The notes under the pieces: generated by a model
Told to the model about the DNA's origin: nothing
Seen by the model: only the letters and a program-made list of their open reading frames with translations
Database searches by the model: none
DNA from: Chloroflexota bacterium
Lineage (GTDB): Bacteria; Chloroflexota; Dehalococcoidia; Dehalococcoidales; JAFGLR01
Length of the DNA stretch: 47,546 bases
Assembly: GCA_016210585.1 (NCBI GenBank)
Contig: JACQTX010000044.1
Coordinates: 1 to 47,546, forward strand
Direction of reading: 5' to 3'
Position numbers and translations under genes: made by a program
Part shown: positions 1-9,111 of the stretch, one piece after another
Layout of the letters: each line of letters opens with the position of its first letter
Position numbering within the stretch: the stretch's first letter is position 1

Positions 1-88
1 AAGGTGAGTATAAGCGCGAATCTGTCCAGCTTCATCTTCTTCTCTGAGTCCACGGACCACGGGAGGGGGAATCGGTCTTGACAGCACA

Positions 89-97
89 TGGTATAAT
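89..97 (+). promoter_or_regulatory. extended -10 promoter candidate (TGgTATAAT) for the amidohydrolase gene
   Basis: TG at 89-90, one spacer nt, then a perfect TATAAT at 92-97. A GGGAGGA RBS (161-167) and ATG 172 lie downstream. The TTGACA at 78-83 is only 8 nt from the -10, so it is not a usable -35. Confidence 0.35.
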
Positions 98-171
98 AGA
101 GTCACGGCTAGCGAAGCGATATACTCCGCAGGGTTGGCCATCTATCTCAAACATAATTATGGGAGGATTTC

Positions 172-1161
172 ATGAAAATAGACGTCTTCACCCACTTAGT
201 TCCCCCCAAAGTTGCCGACTTCATGTTCCGGAAGGATATCCGGCTTCTCGAAAGGTTACGGAACTTTCCGGGGCTCTATGACCTTAGCGTGAGGTTTCGC
301 GGCATGGCCAAGAACCCGGACGTCTTGCAAGTCCTCACTGTTCCCGGTGCCTCGGTAGATGACATGGTCGGGCCGCAGGAAGCACCTGACCTCGCCCGAA
401 GAATGAACGATGAACTCGCCGAGCTGGTTTTCCACTATCCTGACCGGTTTGCCGCCGGGGTCGCGGTTCTTTCCTTCCGTGATATTGACACCACGCTAAC
501 AGAGATAGATAGAGCCATAAATGACCTGAAGCTCAGAGGAATACTTTTCCGCATTCCAGTTAACGGAAAGCCGGTGGACCGCCCTGAGTTCATGCCCATC
601 TACGAAAAGATGTGCCAGCATAACCTCCCCATCTGGTGGCATCCAGCCAGCAGTCCAAAGAAAGCTGACTATGCCGACGAGACCGAGTCAAAATACATGA
701 TATGGCACCTGTGGGGCCTCATCTACGAGACCACCATATCCATGACCCGCCTGGTCTTCAGTGGTGTGCTAGAGAAATATCCAAAGCTCAAGATAATAAC
801 CCATCACTGCGGCGCCATGACGTCATTCTTTTCGGAAAGAATCGTCTCACATTACGACCAATCGGAGATGCGGGAGAAAATGGACATTAAGGCAGGACTT
901 ACCGAACCCCACATTGACTACTTCCGCCGGTTCTATAATGATACTGCCCTTTTCGGCAACACGCCGGCACTGATGTGTGCTCATAGTTTCTTTGGCACTG
1001 ACCATATTCTCTTCGGCAGTGACAGTCCTTTCGATACACAGTGCGGGGAGTGGAGCACTAACCGGGCTGTAGAAGCCATACAACAGATGGCTATCCCTGA
1101 CGCTGACAAGAAGAAAATATTCGAGGACAACGCCAGAAGACTACTGCGCCTGGCTGTATAG
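172..1161 (+). CDS. amidohydrolase-2 family metal-dependent hydrolase/decarboxylase (ACMSD-like TIM barrel)
   Basis: 329-aa ORF with a good RBS. It has an N-terminal KIDVFTH strand, an internal IITHHCGAM block and a C-terminal ILFGSDSPFD block, all typical of this family. Recognised by eye. Confidence 0.75.
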   Translation: MKIDVFTHLVPPKVADFMFRKDIRLLERLRNFPGLYDLSVRFRGMAKNPDVLQVLTVPGASVDDMVGPQEAPDLARRMNDELAELVFHYPDRFAAGVAVLSFRDIDTTLTEIDRAINDLKLRGILFRIPVNGKPVDRPEFMPIYEKMCQHNLPIWWHPASSPKKADYADETESKYMIWHLWGLIYETTISMTRLVFSGVLEKYPKLKIITHHCGAMTSFFSERIVSHYDQSEMREKMDIKAGLTEPHIDYFRRFYNDTALFGNTPALMCAHSFFGTDHILFGSDSPFDTQCGEWSTNRAVEAIQQMAIPDADKKKIFEDNARRLLRLAV

Positions 1162-1738
1162 GGGTCGGGCCTTAATCGATTGAGCCCTTTGCCTTTGACC
1201 CTTTTGTCGTCACCCGGGTTGGCAAAATCCACTTCACCGCCTTCATAAGGCCTGCCCTCTTCCTCCTCATTGTTGCCGGACGCTAAACCTGATTCTTCAC
1301 TTGCGTTCTCCGGCTCAGCCTGGTTGCCCCACATCGGGATCCGACAAGCAAGAAGGCCGGACTGCAGGCCCACACGGTACCATGGAGAAGAATCCGAACA
1401 TTCGCCAACCAGGGCAGATTCGGGTTCCCCGCCTCGCGCTGACTCATCTGTGATCAGTTTCAGGTGATTTAGGCACATTGAACAATCTAGCGTGATGTGC
1501 AACGTAGACCTTACGATATAGCGCAGACCACTGTCAGTTGACACTCGTCATGCCGCCGGTAGGGTGACGGCCTTGCTGTTGAAAATCTTGCCGATCACCC
1601 TCATGGCTTCCGAGATTGCCTTCTGCTCCGCAAGCATGAAACTTTCGCCATCCACCACTTGCTTTGTCTTCGGCAATAGAATATTATGATGGTATTCGTT
1701 CGCAGCCGATGGTGCACCTGGATTCGGAGTAGGATGAA

Positions 1739-2155
1739 ATGACATCTCTGTGTGGATGGTCGGGGACTATCCTGGGCATTAATCTCACTGATGGTAAAAT
1801 TGAGAAGGTGCCAACCTCCTTGCAGTTCGCCCGGAAATACATTGGCGGGATTGGTTTCAACGCAGTGAGGCTTTTTGATATGACAGGGCGGGGGATAGAT
1901 GCCCTAGGCCCGGAGAATGTAATTCTGTTCGGCACCGGTCCATTTACAGGCACCCTTTATCCGGGCGGTGCACGGCTTACGGTCACGGCAAAATCGCCCC
2001 TGACGGATGTATTCGGTAGCACGAACATCGGAGGACATTTCGCGGCGGAGCTGAAACTGGCTGGCTATGACCAGGTTGCCATCCTGGGCAAATCAGACAG
2101 ACCGGTCTATCTATGGATAGATGATGACAAGGTAGAGCTAAGGAATAAGACATGA
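1739..2155 (+). pseudogene. truncated N-terminal fragment of an aldehyde:ferredoxin oxidoreductase (AOR family)
   Basis: The 138-aa ORF matches the AOR N-terminal domain (GWSGTILGINLTDGKI, GGIGFNAVRLF, FGTGPFTGT..PGGARLTVTAKSPLT, GGHFAAELKLAGYD, PVYLWIDD). It stops after about 138 aa, whereas AORs are about 600 aa. The next gene starts about 70 nt later and no further AOR-like frames follow. Confidence 0.6.
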
Positions 2156-2225
2156 CACCATAATAAATAAGCAAAAATGGGAAGCAAAAATGGGCTCGTG
2201 TGAGAGGCCCAAAAGGAGGTTTCAA

Positions 2226-3413
2226 GTGCAAAAGAAGACTCTTATCATTATCCTGTTCCTTGTCCTGTCATTGTCTATTCTCCCTCTGATAGCGGGCTGC
2301 AAGGCAAGCCCCACGCCAACGCCGAAGCCGACACCCGCGCCAACAGTAACCACTACAGCGACGGCAACCATAACCGCGCCGCCTACCACAGTAACCGCAA
2401 CACCAGCACCAGCGCCAACCGTCACTGCCACTGTGACAACATCACCTTCGCCGTCGCCAGCCCAGGCCGTTGTGCTAAAGGTATTACGCGGTCTGCCTTG
2501 GACAAGTCCCAGTAACCTTGCCTTCAAGGCGTTCTGGGACAGGGTGATTGACCGGGCAGGGGGACGCCTCGTGCTCAAAGACATCGGAGGCAGCGAGGTC
2601 TATCCGACGGCAGACCAGCTAAAGATATTAAAGCTTGGTACGGTTGACATGCTTGCCACAGCCATGGGATACATTGGACGGGACTTCCCGGAGGGCGTTG
2701 CCATGGTGTATACCTTCGGGGCGACGCCGCCCCAGATATGGGACGCCGGCCTTGTAAAAATGTTTGATGATATCCTGCTCAAAGAGCATGGTCTGCGGCT
2801 GTTGGGAATTCCTTACTATGATACCGGACATATATGGTTGGCCAAGAAGACTATTAGCTCGGTTGCTGACCTCAAAGCCATGAAAATCCGGGTCAGCGAA
2901 GACTGGTACCCGCTTGTCAACGAGCTGGCCACGGCAGTCACCATACCCTTTGGCGACATCTACACAGCAATGGAGAGGGGCGTGGTTGATGGTATGGCTT
3001 TCCCCTCAGGTGCGCTTATGGCCTACGGGCTTGAAGAGGTGACAAAGTACCGAGTTGACCCGCCTTTCTGGAGCGGGGGTGCCATGGGCACTTTTATCAA
3101 TGCCAAGAGCTTTAACGCTTTGCCCGCGGATCTTCAGCAACTGTTGAAAGATGTAGCCAAAGAGGTGGATGGCGAATCAGCCAAAATCATAGGCAAAGCA
3201 AGAGATGACGAGACGAAGATTCTTGGCAAGCTGGGCATTACGTCGGTCAAAGTGAGTGACCAGGATTGGGTAGAAACGCAGCGCGTTGCTTGGGAGAAGG
3301 CTGTTATCCCCACAGTGAAGAAGGTCAGCCCTACTCACGCAGACGAGGTCATTAAGGCTCTGTCAACCTTCTACCCACCCAAGCAACCTTATCCCGTCCG
3401 GCCATGGAAATAG
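2226..3413 (+). CDS. TRAP transporter substrate-binding lipoprotein (DctP family), cassette 1
   Basis: I prefer the GTG start at 2226, 6 nt after GGAGG (2215-2219), over the track start at 2190. Signal peptide with lipobox LIAGC, then a Thr/Pro/Ala stalk of about 60 aa, then a DctP-like body. The dctQ and dctM genes lie downstream. Confidence 0.8.
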   Translation: MQKKTLIIILFLVLSLSILPLIAGCKASPTPTPKPTPAPTVTTTATATITAPPTTVTATPAPAPTVTATVTTSPSPSPAQAVVLKVLRGLPWTSPSNLAFKAFWDRVIDRAGGRLVLKDIGGSEVYPTADQLKILKLGTVDMLATAMGYIGRDFPEGVAMVYTFGATPPQIWDAGLVKMFDDILLKEHGLRLLGIPYYDTGHIWLAKKTISSVADLKAMKIRVSEDWYPLVNELATAVTIPFGDIYTAMERGVVDGMAFPSGALMAYGLEEVTKYRVDPPFWSGGAMGTFINAKSFNALPADLQQLLKDVAKEVDGESAKIIGKARDDETKILGKLGITSVKVSDQDWVETQRVAWEKAVIPTVKKVSPTHADEVIKALSTFYPPKQPYPVRPWK

Positions 3414-3473
3414 GTCTGGGTAGGGAACGCCCTGGGAACCCTAAGAAAATAAGTTAGGGGGTTCAAAACTACG

Positions 3474-4658
3474 ATGCCAGCGAAAAAAGCATGGACCGAT
3501 GACGAAATACGTGCTGCTATCAAGGAGTGGGGCGAAAAGACAAGGCCGGAGAAGTTGAAGACCGGTGACTGGCGGGCCGAGGATTTGCCTCTATGCGACC
3601 CGCCGGGCGTGCCGCGTCTGGACCTGTGGCACAGGGTGCACTACCTAGATGAGCTAGAGCTCACCTGGGGCAAAAAGTGGGGCGCCAGCGGTCTGGGAAA
3701 GCTGCGCGAGGTTGTCGTCTCACGGCCGACCGAGCGGGACATGAATGTCTCGCCTATAATATCGGGTAGCCCGATGCACCATATCCACGCCCCGCGTGTT
3801 GGCACAACCCCCACTCTAAGGGACCTGGATGAATGGCAAAGGGAACACGATACAATGGTGCAAATTCTACGGGACAACGGAGTCACCGTCCATTACATTG
3901 AATACCCTAAAGCATATCCAGAAGGGCCTTCGGGCCCCATAGGTCCATATGGTCCCATTGGCGTACTGACGTCAATTGATTGCTGGGTAATCTGGGGTGG
4001 GGCTATTGTCGGACGTTTTGGCATACGTCCGACGGGCAGAGGCAAGGAGAGGCTGCTATCCGAATGGCTCGCCAGGATGGGATGTCCGATTCTCCTCACC
4101 ATCTCTGGGAAAGGCGTGTGTGAACCGGGTGCGTTTATGAACATTGCCGATGATTGCATGTTCCTGGCGCTCGGACCGGCGGCAAACATGGAGGGTATCA
4201 ATCAGGTCATACCTGTACTGGAAAGAGCGGGCATCACCACGGTACATATAGTCCAGCACGGGGGATGGGTAGAGTCCTGCGAATGGCCTATGGGGGGCAG
4301 CTACCACATGTCCCTGTTTATGAACCCCGTTGATATCGGCAAGATGTTACTTTACCCACCGCTCCTCAGCTGGCCGACTATCATGTGGATGAGGGAACGA
4401 GGTTTTGAGCTTATTGAGATACCTGCCGACGAGCAAAGGGACTTCAACCCGGGGTGTCTGATATGCCTTGAGCCGGGCAAGGTAATCATGCACGCCGAAG
4501 CCAAGGAGAGCATCCGTAGGGTCAGAAGAGCAGGGGTTGAGGTGATCGAGTGCCCCTCCATAACCAGCCGGGTGAAGATAGGTTTAGGTGGTGGGCTGAA
4601 TTGCCGCTGCCGCGAGCTCGTGCGCGACCGCGGTCCGGTACTTGCGGATATTAAATGA
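3474..4658 (+). CDS. amidinotransferase / arginine-deiminase (guanidino-group modifying enzyme) superfamily protein, paralogue 1
   Basis: 394 aa. The C-terminal GLGGGLNCRCRELVRDRG resembles the catalytic-Cys block of glycine amidinotransferase/StrB1 (GGGxHCWTCDVRRRG) and ADI (GGGxxCM). Candidate Asp and His blocks are NIADDCMF and GGSYHMSLF. It lies between dctP and dctQ. Confidence 0.65.
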   Translation: MPAKKAWTDDEIRAAIKEWGEKTRPEKLKTGDWRAEDLPLCDPPGVPRLDLWHRVHYLDELELTWGKKWGASGLGKLREVVVSRPTERDMNVSPIISGSPMHHIHAPRVGTTPTLRDLDEWQREHDTMVQILRDNGVTVHYIEYPKAYPEGPSGPIGPYGPIGVLTSIDCWVIWGGAIVGRFGIRPTGRGKERLLSEWLARMGCPILLTISGKGVCEPGAFMNIADDCMFLALGPAANMEGINQVIPVLERAGITTVHIVQHGGWVESCEWPMGGSYHMSLFMNPVDIGKMLLYPPLLSWPTIMWMRERGFELIEIPADEQRDFNPGCLICLEPGKVIMHAEAKESIRRVRRAGVEVIECPSITSRVKIGLGGGLNCRCRELVRDRGPVLADIK

Positions 4659-4765
4659 CGGCGAACTGCTGTCTGACTCGCGGAAAGAGCCAATAGTATG
4701 ATATAGCCTGTTCTTGATGATACCCTCAGGGCAATGATGTCAGGCGTTTTGTTAGGGAGAGCGTA

Positions 4766-5284
4766 ATGTTCGGGCGCGGTTTTGACCGTCTGCTGAGATA
4801 CCTGTCTGTCATATTAGGCGGCCTTATCGCCTATCTTGTGCTTGGCGTGACCTATGAGGTCATTATGCGGTACGTGTTCAACCACCCCAGCCAGTGGTCG
4901 GTTGATGCCACTGAATACTCCCTTCTATTTATACTCTTCCTGGGCTCGGCGTGGGTACTGGCAGGGGAAGCACACGTTAAGGTTGATATCCTGCTGGTCA
5001 TTTTGCCAAGACGGGTGCAGCACGTGATGAACGCAGTCACTTCCGCGATAGCCGCCGTTGGCTGCGCGTTATTCTTCTGGCAGAGTGTGACGCAGACTTG
5101 GACAGCTTTTGTCGGCAAAGAGTTCATCTGGAAGTCACTTATCTTACCTAAGTGGCCGAGCTGGGCAGTGATGTCCTTCGGTATGTTGCTTCTTGTCATC
5201 CAGTTTTCTCGAAGAGCCTGGCGCTTCGCAAGGGAACAGCCCGAGAAAGAGCTGGCTGAGAAGCTCCCGGATGGGGTAGGCTAA
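4766..5284 (+). CDS. TRAP transporter small permease (DctQ family), cassette 1
   Basis: 172 aa with four predicted TM helices and the typical RYVFNHP..W..E motif region. It sits immediately upstream of the large permease. Confidence 0.8.
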   Translation: MFGRGFDRLLRYLSVILGGLIAYLVLGVTYEVIMRYVFNHPSQWSVDATEYSLLFILFLGSAWVLAGEAHVKVDILLVILPRRVQHVMNAVTSAIAAVGCALFFWQSVTQTWTAFVGKEFIWKSLILPKWPSWAVMSFGMLLLVIQFSRRAWRFAREQPEKELAEKLPDGVG

Positions 5285-5320
5285 CGAGTGGTTATCTTAG
5301 GATGGGAATAGTCTAAACCT

Positions 5321-6640
5321 ATGCAGTGGGAATGGTGGGTTAGCCTGCTCGTTATCGGGGGGATACTTATTTCGTTCTTTCTCTCCGGGCTTCCGGTGGC
5401 TTTTGCCTTTCTGACCTTTAATATCATTGGATTTGTTGTCTTCATGGGAGGCGTGCAGAATCTCAGCCTTTTGGTACCTAGTGCCTTCGCCAGTGTCACC
5501 AGCTTTGCGTGGGTGCCGGCGCCGCTGTTCATTTTCATGGGTGAGATAATATTCCAGAGCGGCTTGGCCAAGATGATGGTGGATAGTGTGGCCAAATGGA
5601 TTGGGCGAATCCATGGCAGCCTCAGCCTGGTCGGCATCGCTGCCGGGACCATTTTCGCCATGATGAGCGGCTCATCTCTCAGTGGCGTAGCTGTTTTTGG
5701 CTCGACCCTCGTCCCTGAAATGAAGAGGCGCGGCTATCAAAAGCCGATGATTTATGCCCCCATTCTGGCCGCGGGGGGACTGGCGACTCTGATTCCGCCC
5801 AGCGTTCTGACTGTCATTTTAGCGGCTCTGGCACAGCAGTCGCTTGGCAAGCTCCTGGTGGCCAGTTTCATACCAGGGTTCATGTTAGCCGCACTCTATG
5901 CTACGTATATTCTGGTGCGGGGCAAGCTCCAACCACATTTAGCACCTGACTTCGCCCCGCCGCGAGTCACCTGGCGTGATAGGATGAAAGCTGTGGTGCT
6001 TATCTTACCACTGGGCATCATTATCTTCCTAGTGCTGGGCGTCATCTTTGTGGGAGTGGCCACGCCAACCGAAGCGGCAGCGCTGGGCGCTGTCGGTACG
6101 GTTGTTTTGGCCGCAGCGTACCGCCGGCTAACCTGGCAGGGAATCAAAAAGGCACTCATGGAAACAGCCAAGGTGAACGTCATGGTCTTCACCATTATTA
6201 TGTCGGCCACCGCCTTTAGCCAGGTACTTGCGTTTACCGGCGCCACCAGGGAACTGGCCAAGCTGGCGGTGAGCCTGCCCATTGCACCTATTCTTATCGT
6301 TGCCGCCACACAGGTGGTCATGATTGTAGCGGGAATGTTCATGGATACCCTTTCCATGATGATGATATTTATCCCCATCTTTTTTCCGGCAATTCATACC
6401 CTCGGTCTTGACCCGATATGGTATGGCATCCTCATGTTGGTAAATCTGGAGATGGCAGGCGTTTCTCCACCATTCGGATTGCTGCTGTTTACCTTGAAAG
6501 GTGTAGTCCCTGACGCGACCATGGGAGACATTTACCGGGCTGGTATCCCAGTCTGTCTATTGATAGGGACATTACTAGCACTGTTACTCTTCTTCCCATC
6601 GCTGGTAACAATCCTGCCGCAGCTCATGAAGGGCGGATAG
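5321..6640 (+). CDS. TRAP transporter large permease (DctM family), cassette 1
   Basis: 439 aa and polytopic. It has DctM-like blocks (PLFIFMGE, GSSLSGVAVFGSTLVPEM, GVSPPFGLLLF). Confidence 0.9.
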   Translation: MQWEWWVSLLVIGGILISFFLSGLPVAFAFLTFNIIGFVVFMGGVQNLSLLVPSAFASVTSFAWVPAPLFIFMGEIIFQSGLAKMMVDSVAKWIGRIHGSLSLVGIAAGTIFAMMSGSSLSGVAVFGSTLVPEMKRRGYQKPMIYAPILAAGGLATLIPPSVLTVILAALAQQSLGKLLVASFIPGFMLAALYATYILVRGKLQPHLAPDFAPPRVTWRDRMKAVVLILPLGIIIFLVLGVIFVGVATPTEAAALGAVGTVVLAAAYRRLTWQGIKKALMETAKVNVMVFTIIMSATAFSQVLAFTGATRELAKLAVSLPIAPILIVAATQVVMIVAGMFMDTLSMMMIFIPIFFPAIHTLGLDPIWYGILMLVNLEMAGVSPPFGLLLFTLKGVVPDATMGDIYRAGIPVCLLIGTLLALLLFFPSLVTILPQLMKGG

Positions 6641-6703
6641 ATCAGTGCGGAAAATCATCTGCCAATCTCGGACACAATTATCAATGAAAAAGGGGGTAGA
6701 AGA

Positions 6704-7168
6704 ATGAAAATAAAACGCTTGCTATGTGACAATGCGGCCGTGGTGAGCCTGGAGGAGGCGGAGAAGTTCTTCCGGGACGTTCTGGGGGCGAAAATCAGCC
6801 CGGAGATGCCTCACGGGAAGTACTTCGGGTTCCGCGCCAAGGGAGCATGGCTGGGGACGGAGGCGCCTTACCGCCTGGAGCTGCTGCAATCAACCAGTGA
6901 TGAGCTGCCCATGGGTCGGTCGGTAAAAAGGATGGCGCCCAGGTACCGGACGGTCTCACTGGAGGTCGAGGATATAGATGCAGCCATCGCCGAGCTGCGG
7001 GCCAAGGGCATAACAGTCACTGACAAGCTGGATATGACACCGAAGGGGTTTGGCGGTATTGGCTTCGAAAGCATAACGGAGTGCGTTATACACCCGAAGG
7101 ACGCCTGTGGGCTGCGTATCGAGCTGGTCGAGATAAAAGGCAAAAGGCCACCACCCGGGGAGTGGTAA
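6704..7168 (+). CDS. VOC (glyoxalase/bleomycin-resistance/dioxygenase) family protein
   Basis: 154 aa with an AGGGGG RBS. The beta-alpha-beta-beta-beta module pattern is present (FFRDVLGA ... SLEVEDIDAAIAELRAKGI ... GLRIELVE). Confidence 0.6.
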   Translation: MKIKRLLCDNAAVVSLEEAEKFFRDVLGAKISPEMPHGKYFGFRAKGAWLGTEAPYRLELLQSTSDELPMGRSVKRMAPRYRTVSLEVEDIDAAIAELRAKGITVTDKLDMTPKGFGGIGFESITECVIHPKDACGLRIELVEIKGKRPPPGEW

Positions 7169-7223
7169 TCTCGCAGAGCCAAGTGTGCAGGGTAGGATGC
7201 TGTGTAACAGAGAAAGCGGCACT

Positions 7224-8594
7224 ATGGAGAAGAGGTACTATCATCGTGAGCTGGAGACCATGCCGAGGAGCGACTTCCTGGCATGCCAGTGGCAGAAGCT
7301 CAAGGAGCAGATAGAGTACACCTATCGGAAAAGCGACCTCTGCCGACGGCAGTTCGCTCAGACTGGCTTAACCCCGGTGGACATCAAGACCAGAGAAGAC
7401 TTCACCCGTAAAGTGCCTTTCACCACCAAGCAGGACTTCATCGCTGACCAGCAAATAAGCCCTCCCTACGGAACACGGCTGGCCGTCGCCGAAAATGAGG
7501 TGTTTCTTACCTATTTGACCAGCGGCACCTCCGGCCGGGGACAGGAGGTCCACGCCATGACCGAGGAGGACTATCACTTCTATGCCTCTGAAGCTATAGC
7601 CATGCTCTACACCTGGTGCGGCTGGAAGCGGGGCGATAAGGTGATGAACCCGCTGCCGCTAGGCATGCCTATTGGTGGCACGCTGCGGTATGCCGGCCTG
7701 CTGCGGCTGGGCTGTGACATATTCAACCTGGGCATGTATGACACAAAGGCCAAGCTTGAGCTAATGCAGAGGTTCAAAATAAGCGGTATCAATGCCAGTG
7801 CTGCCTACCTACAAGCCCTGACCAACCAGGCGGAAGAGATGGGCCTGGACCCGGGCCGTGACCTCTCGGTCAGGCGGATACTGATGGCCGGGCAAGCCTA
7901 TCCCGCTTCGTTCGTGCCCCGGATGCAGGAGAAATGGCAGGCCAAAATTTACGACTATTATGGGGCCACGCAATACTCGGTAGGCAGCACCTGTGAGAAG
8001 GGCGCTGTCACGGAGGGTCGGCGAGGATATTACCACCTCTTTGAGCATGTGGCACTCCACGAAGTAATTGACCCGGAGACTGGTGGGCCGGTGGAGCCGG
8101 GCGAGGTCGGCGAGCTGGTGGTGACCCCACTCTTCAAGAGGGCTTCCCCGTTCCTCCGCTTCCGTATGGGCGATAAGGTGCGCTATTTCCCGCCGGAAGC
8201 CTGCGATTGCGGACGGCCCTTTCCCCTGCTGGAGGCGGGCACCATCGCCCGCTACGATGATATGATGAAGGTGAGGGGCATGAACATCTGGCCCCAGGCG
8301 GTGGATGAGGTGGTGCTGGGCAAGCCGGAGATAGCTGAATACAAGGGTAGAGTCTATATCTCCGACGAGGCAAAAGAGAAGATTGAGGTAGCCGTCGAGT
8401 TCAAGCCCGACGCCAGCCCCGAGGCCCGGCGCGCCTTGCTGGCACGAATAGGCGACGAGCTGCGTGAGAAGACCGGTGTATCCTTCATCACAAATGAAGC
8501 GGCTGAGACGTTGCCCCGGTATGTGACCAAATCGCTTTCCCTCCGCTGGGCTGATGAGCGCATCAAAGGCCTGGAGAAAAAGAGGATGGACTAG
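7224..8594 (+). CDS. phenylacetate-CoA ligase-like adenylate-forming enzyme (PaaK / F390-synthetase family)
   Basis: I prefer ATG 7224 (MEKRYYHRELETMPRSD..., typical PaaK N-terminus) over the track start at 7185. It has the P-loop LTSGTSGRGQ and PaaK-like C-terminal blocks (RFRMGD, DDMMKVRGMNIWP). Confidence 0.8.
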   Translation: MEKRYYHRELETMPRSDFLACQWQKLKEQIEYTYRKSDLCRRQFAQTGLTPVDIKTREDFTRKVPFTTKQDFIADQQISPPYGTRLAVAENEVFLTYLTSGTSGRGQEVHAMTEEDYHFYASEAIAMLYTWCGWKRGDKVMNPLPLGMPIGGTLRYAGLLRLGCDIFNLGMYDTKAKLELMQRFKISGINASAAYLQALTNQAEEMGLDPGRDLSVRRILMAGQAYPASFVPRMQEKWQAKIYDYYGATQYSVGSTCEKGAVTEGRRGYYHLFEHVALHEVIDPETGGPVEPGEVGELVVTPLFKRASPFLRFRMGDKVRYFPPEACDCGRPFPLLEAGTIARYDDMMKVRGMNIWPQAVDEVVLGKPEIAEYKGRVYISDEAKEKIEVAVEFKPDASPEARRALLARIGDELREKTGVSFITNEAAETLPRYVTKSLSLRWADERIKGLEKKRMD

Positions 8595-8634
8595 GCGCAC
8601 TGTGTTCAGGAAAACACTTTCGTAAGGATAGAAA

Positions 8635-9111
8635 ATGGTTACTGCTGAGAAGAAACAGTTCCCGGTGCTGCCAGGGGCATGGACGACCCCTTCCGCGCCC
8701 GGTGAGAAGCCGCACCTCATCGGCAGCCGGTGCCCGGCCTGCGGTGAGGTGTTCTTTCCCCGGAAGCCCAAAGGGCGCTGCACTCACTGCCAGCACGACG
8801 GCCTGGAGGAGATTAAGCTCAGCCGGCAAGGGAAAATCTTCACCTTCACCGTGGTCACGCAGCCACCCGGTGGCGGCTATTATCACGGGCCGGTGCCCTA
8901 TGCCTTCGGGCTGGTCAGGCTGCCGGAAGGGGTCTACGTGGAAAGCCCGCTGGTAGCTGATGACCTGGACGCGCTTAAAGTGGGTATGGATGTAGAACTG
9001 GTTATCGGGAAGGTCTGGGGAGATAGCGAGGGTAATGAGTTGATAGGCTTCAAGTTCCGGACAGTCCAATCCGCCAGGAAGAAGGAGGCTGCCGGTGAAA
9101 TCGCTAGGTGA
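8635..9111 (+). CDS. DUF35-type Zn-ribbon/OB-fold protein (thiolase partner)
   Basis: 158 aa. It has a CPACG...CTHC rubredoxin-like ribbon followed by an OB-fold-like region. It overlaps the downstream thiolase gene by 17 nt. Confidence 0.8.
   Translation: MVTAEKKQFPVLPGAWTTPSAPGEKPHLIGSRCPACGEVFFPRKPKGRCTHCQHDGLEEIKLSRQGKIFTFTVVTQPPGGGYYHGPVPYAFGLVRLPEGVYVESPLVADDLDALKVGMDVELVIGKVWGDSEGNELIGFKFRTVQSARKKEAAGEIAR

Noticed and set aside
1-35. Possible start of a divergent minus-strand gene (MKLDRFALILT...) running off the left edge.
   Set aside because: Only 11 codons are visible and the RBS is weak. This cannot be supported from the window.
78-281. 67-aa ORF at 78..281, and TTGACA at 78-83 as a -35 box.
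   Set aside because: The ORF overlaps the promoter, RBS and start of the amidohydrolase gene in another frame. The TTGACA is only 8 nt from the TATAAT, too close to act as its -35.
981-1544. 187-aa minus-strand ORF spanning the 1162-1544 gap and overlapping the amidohydrolase 3' end by 180 nt.
   Set aside because: It has no recognisable domain and a large overlap with a confident gene. The composition looks non-protein-like. At most, its upstream part could be a decayed remnant.
1548-1745. 65-aa minus-strand ORF just upstream of the AOR fragment.
   Set aside because: No RBS, no motif and a short length. It lies in a region that looks degraded. I cannot support it as a gene.
7809-8783. Long antisense ORFs inside well-supported genes. 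Examples: 7809..8783(-), 13778..14632(-), 14745..15770(-), 19706..20563(-), 28652..29449(+), 30287..31144(+), 30516..31229(+), 38431..39093(-), 43260..44135(-), 45880..46647(-).
   Set aside because: These are typical shadow ORFs of GC-rich coding DNA. Their translations are Arg/Gly/Pro/Ala-rich with no recognisable motifs. Each is fully covered by a gene with clear family signatures on the other strand.
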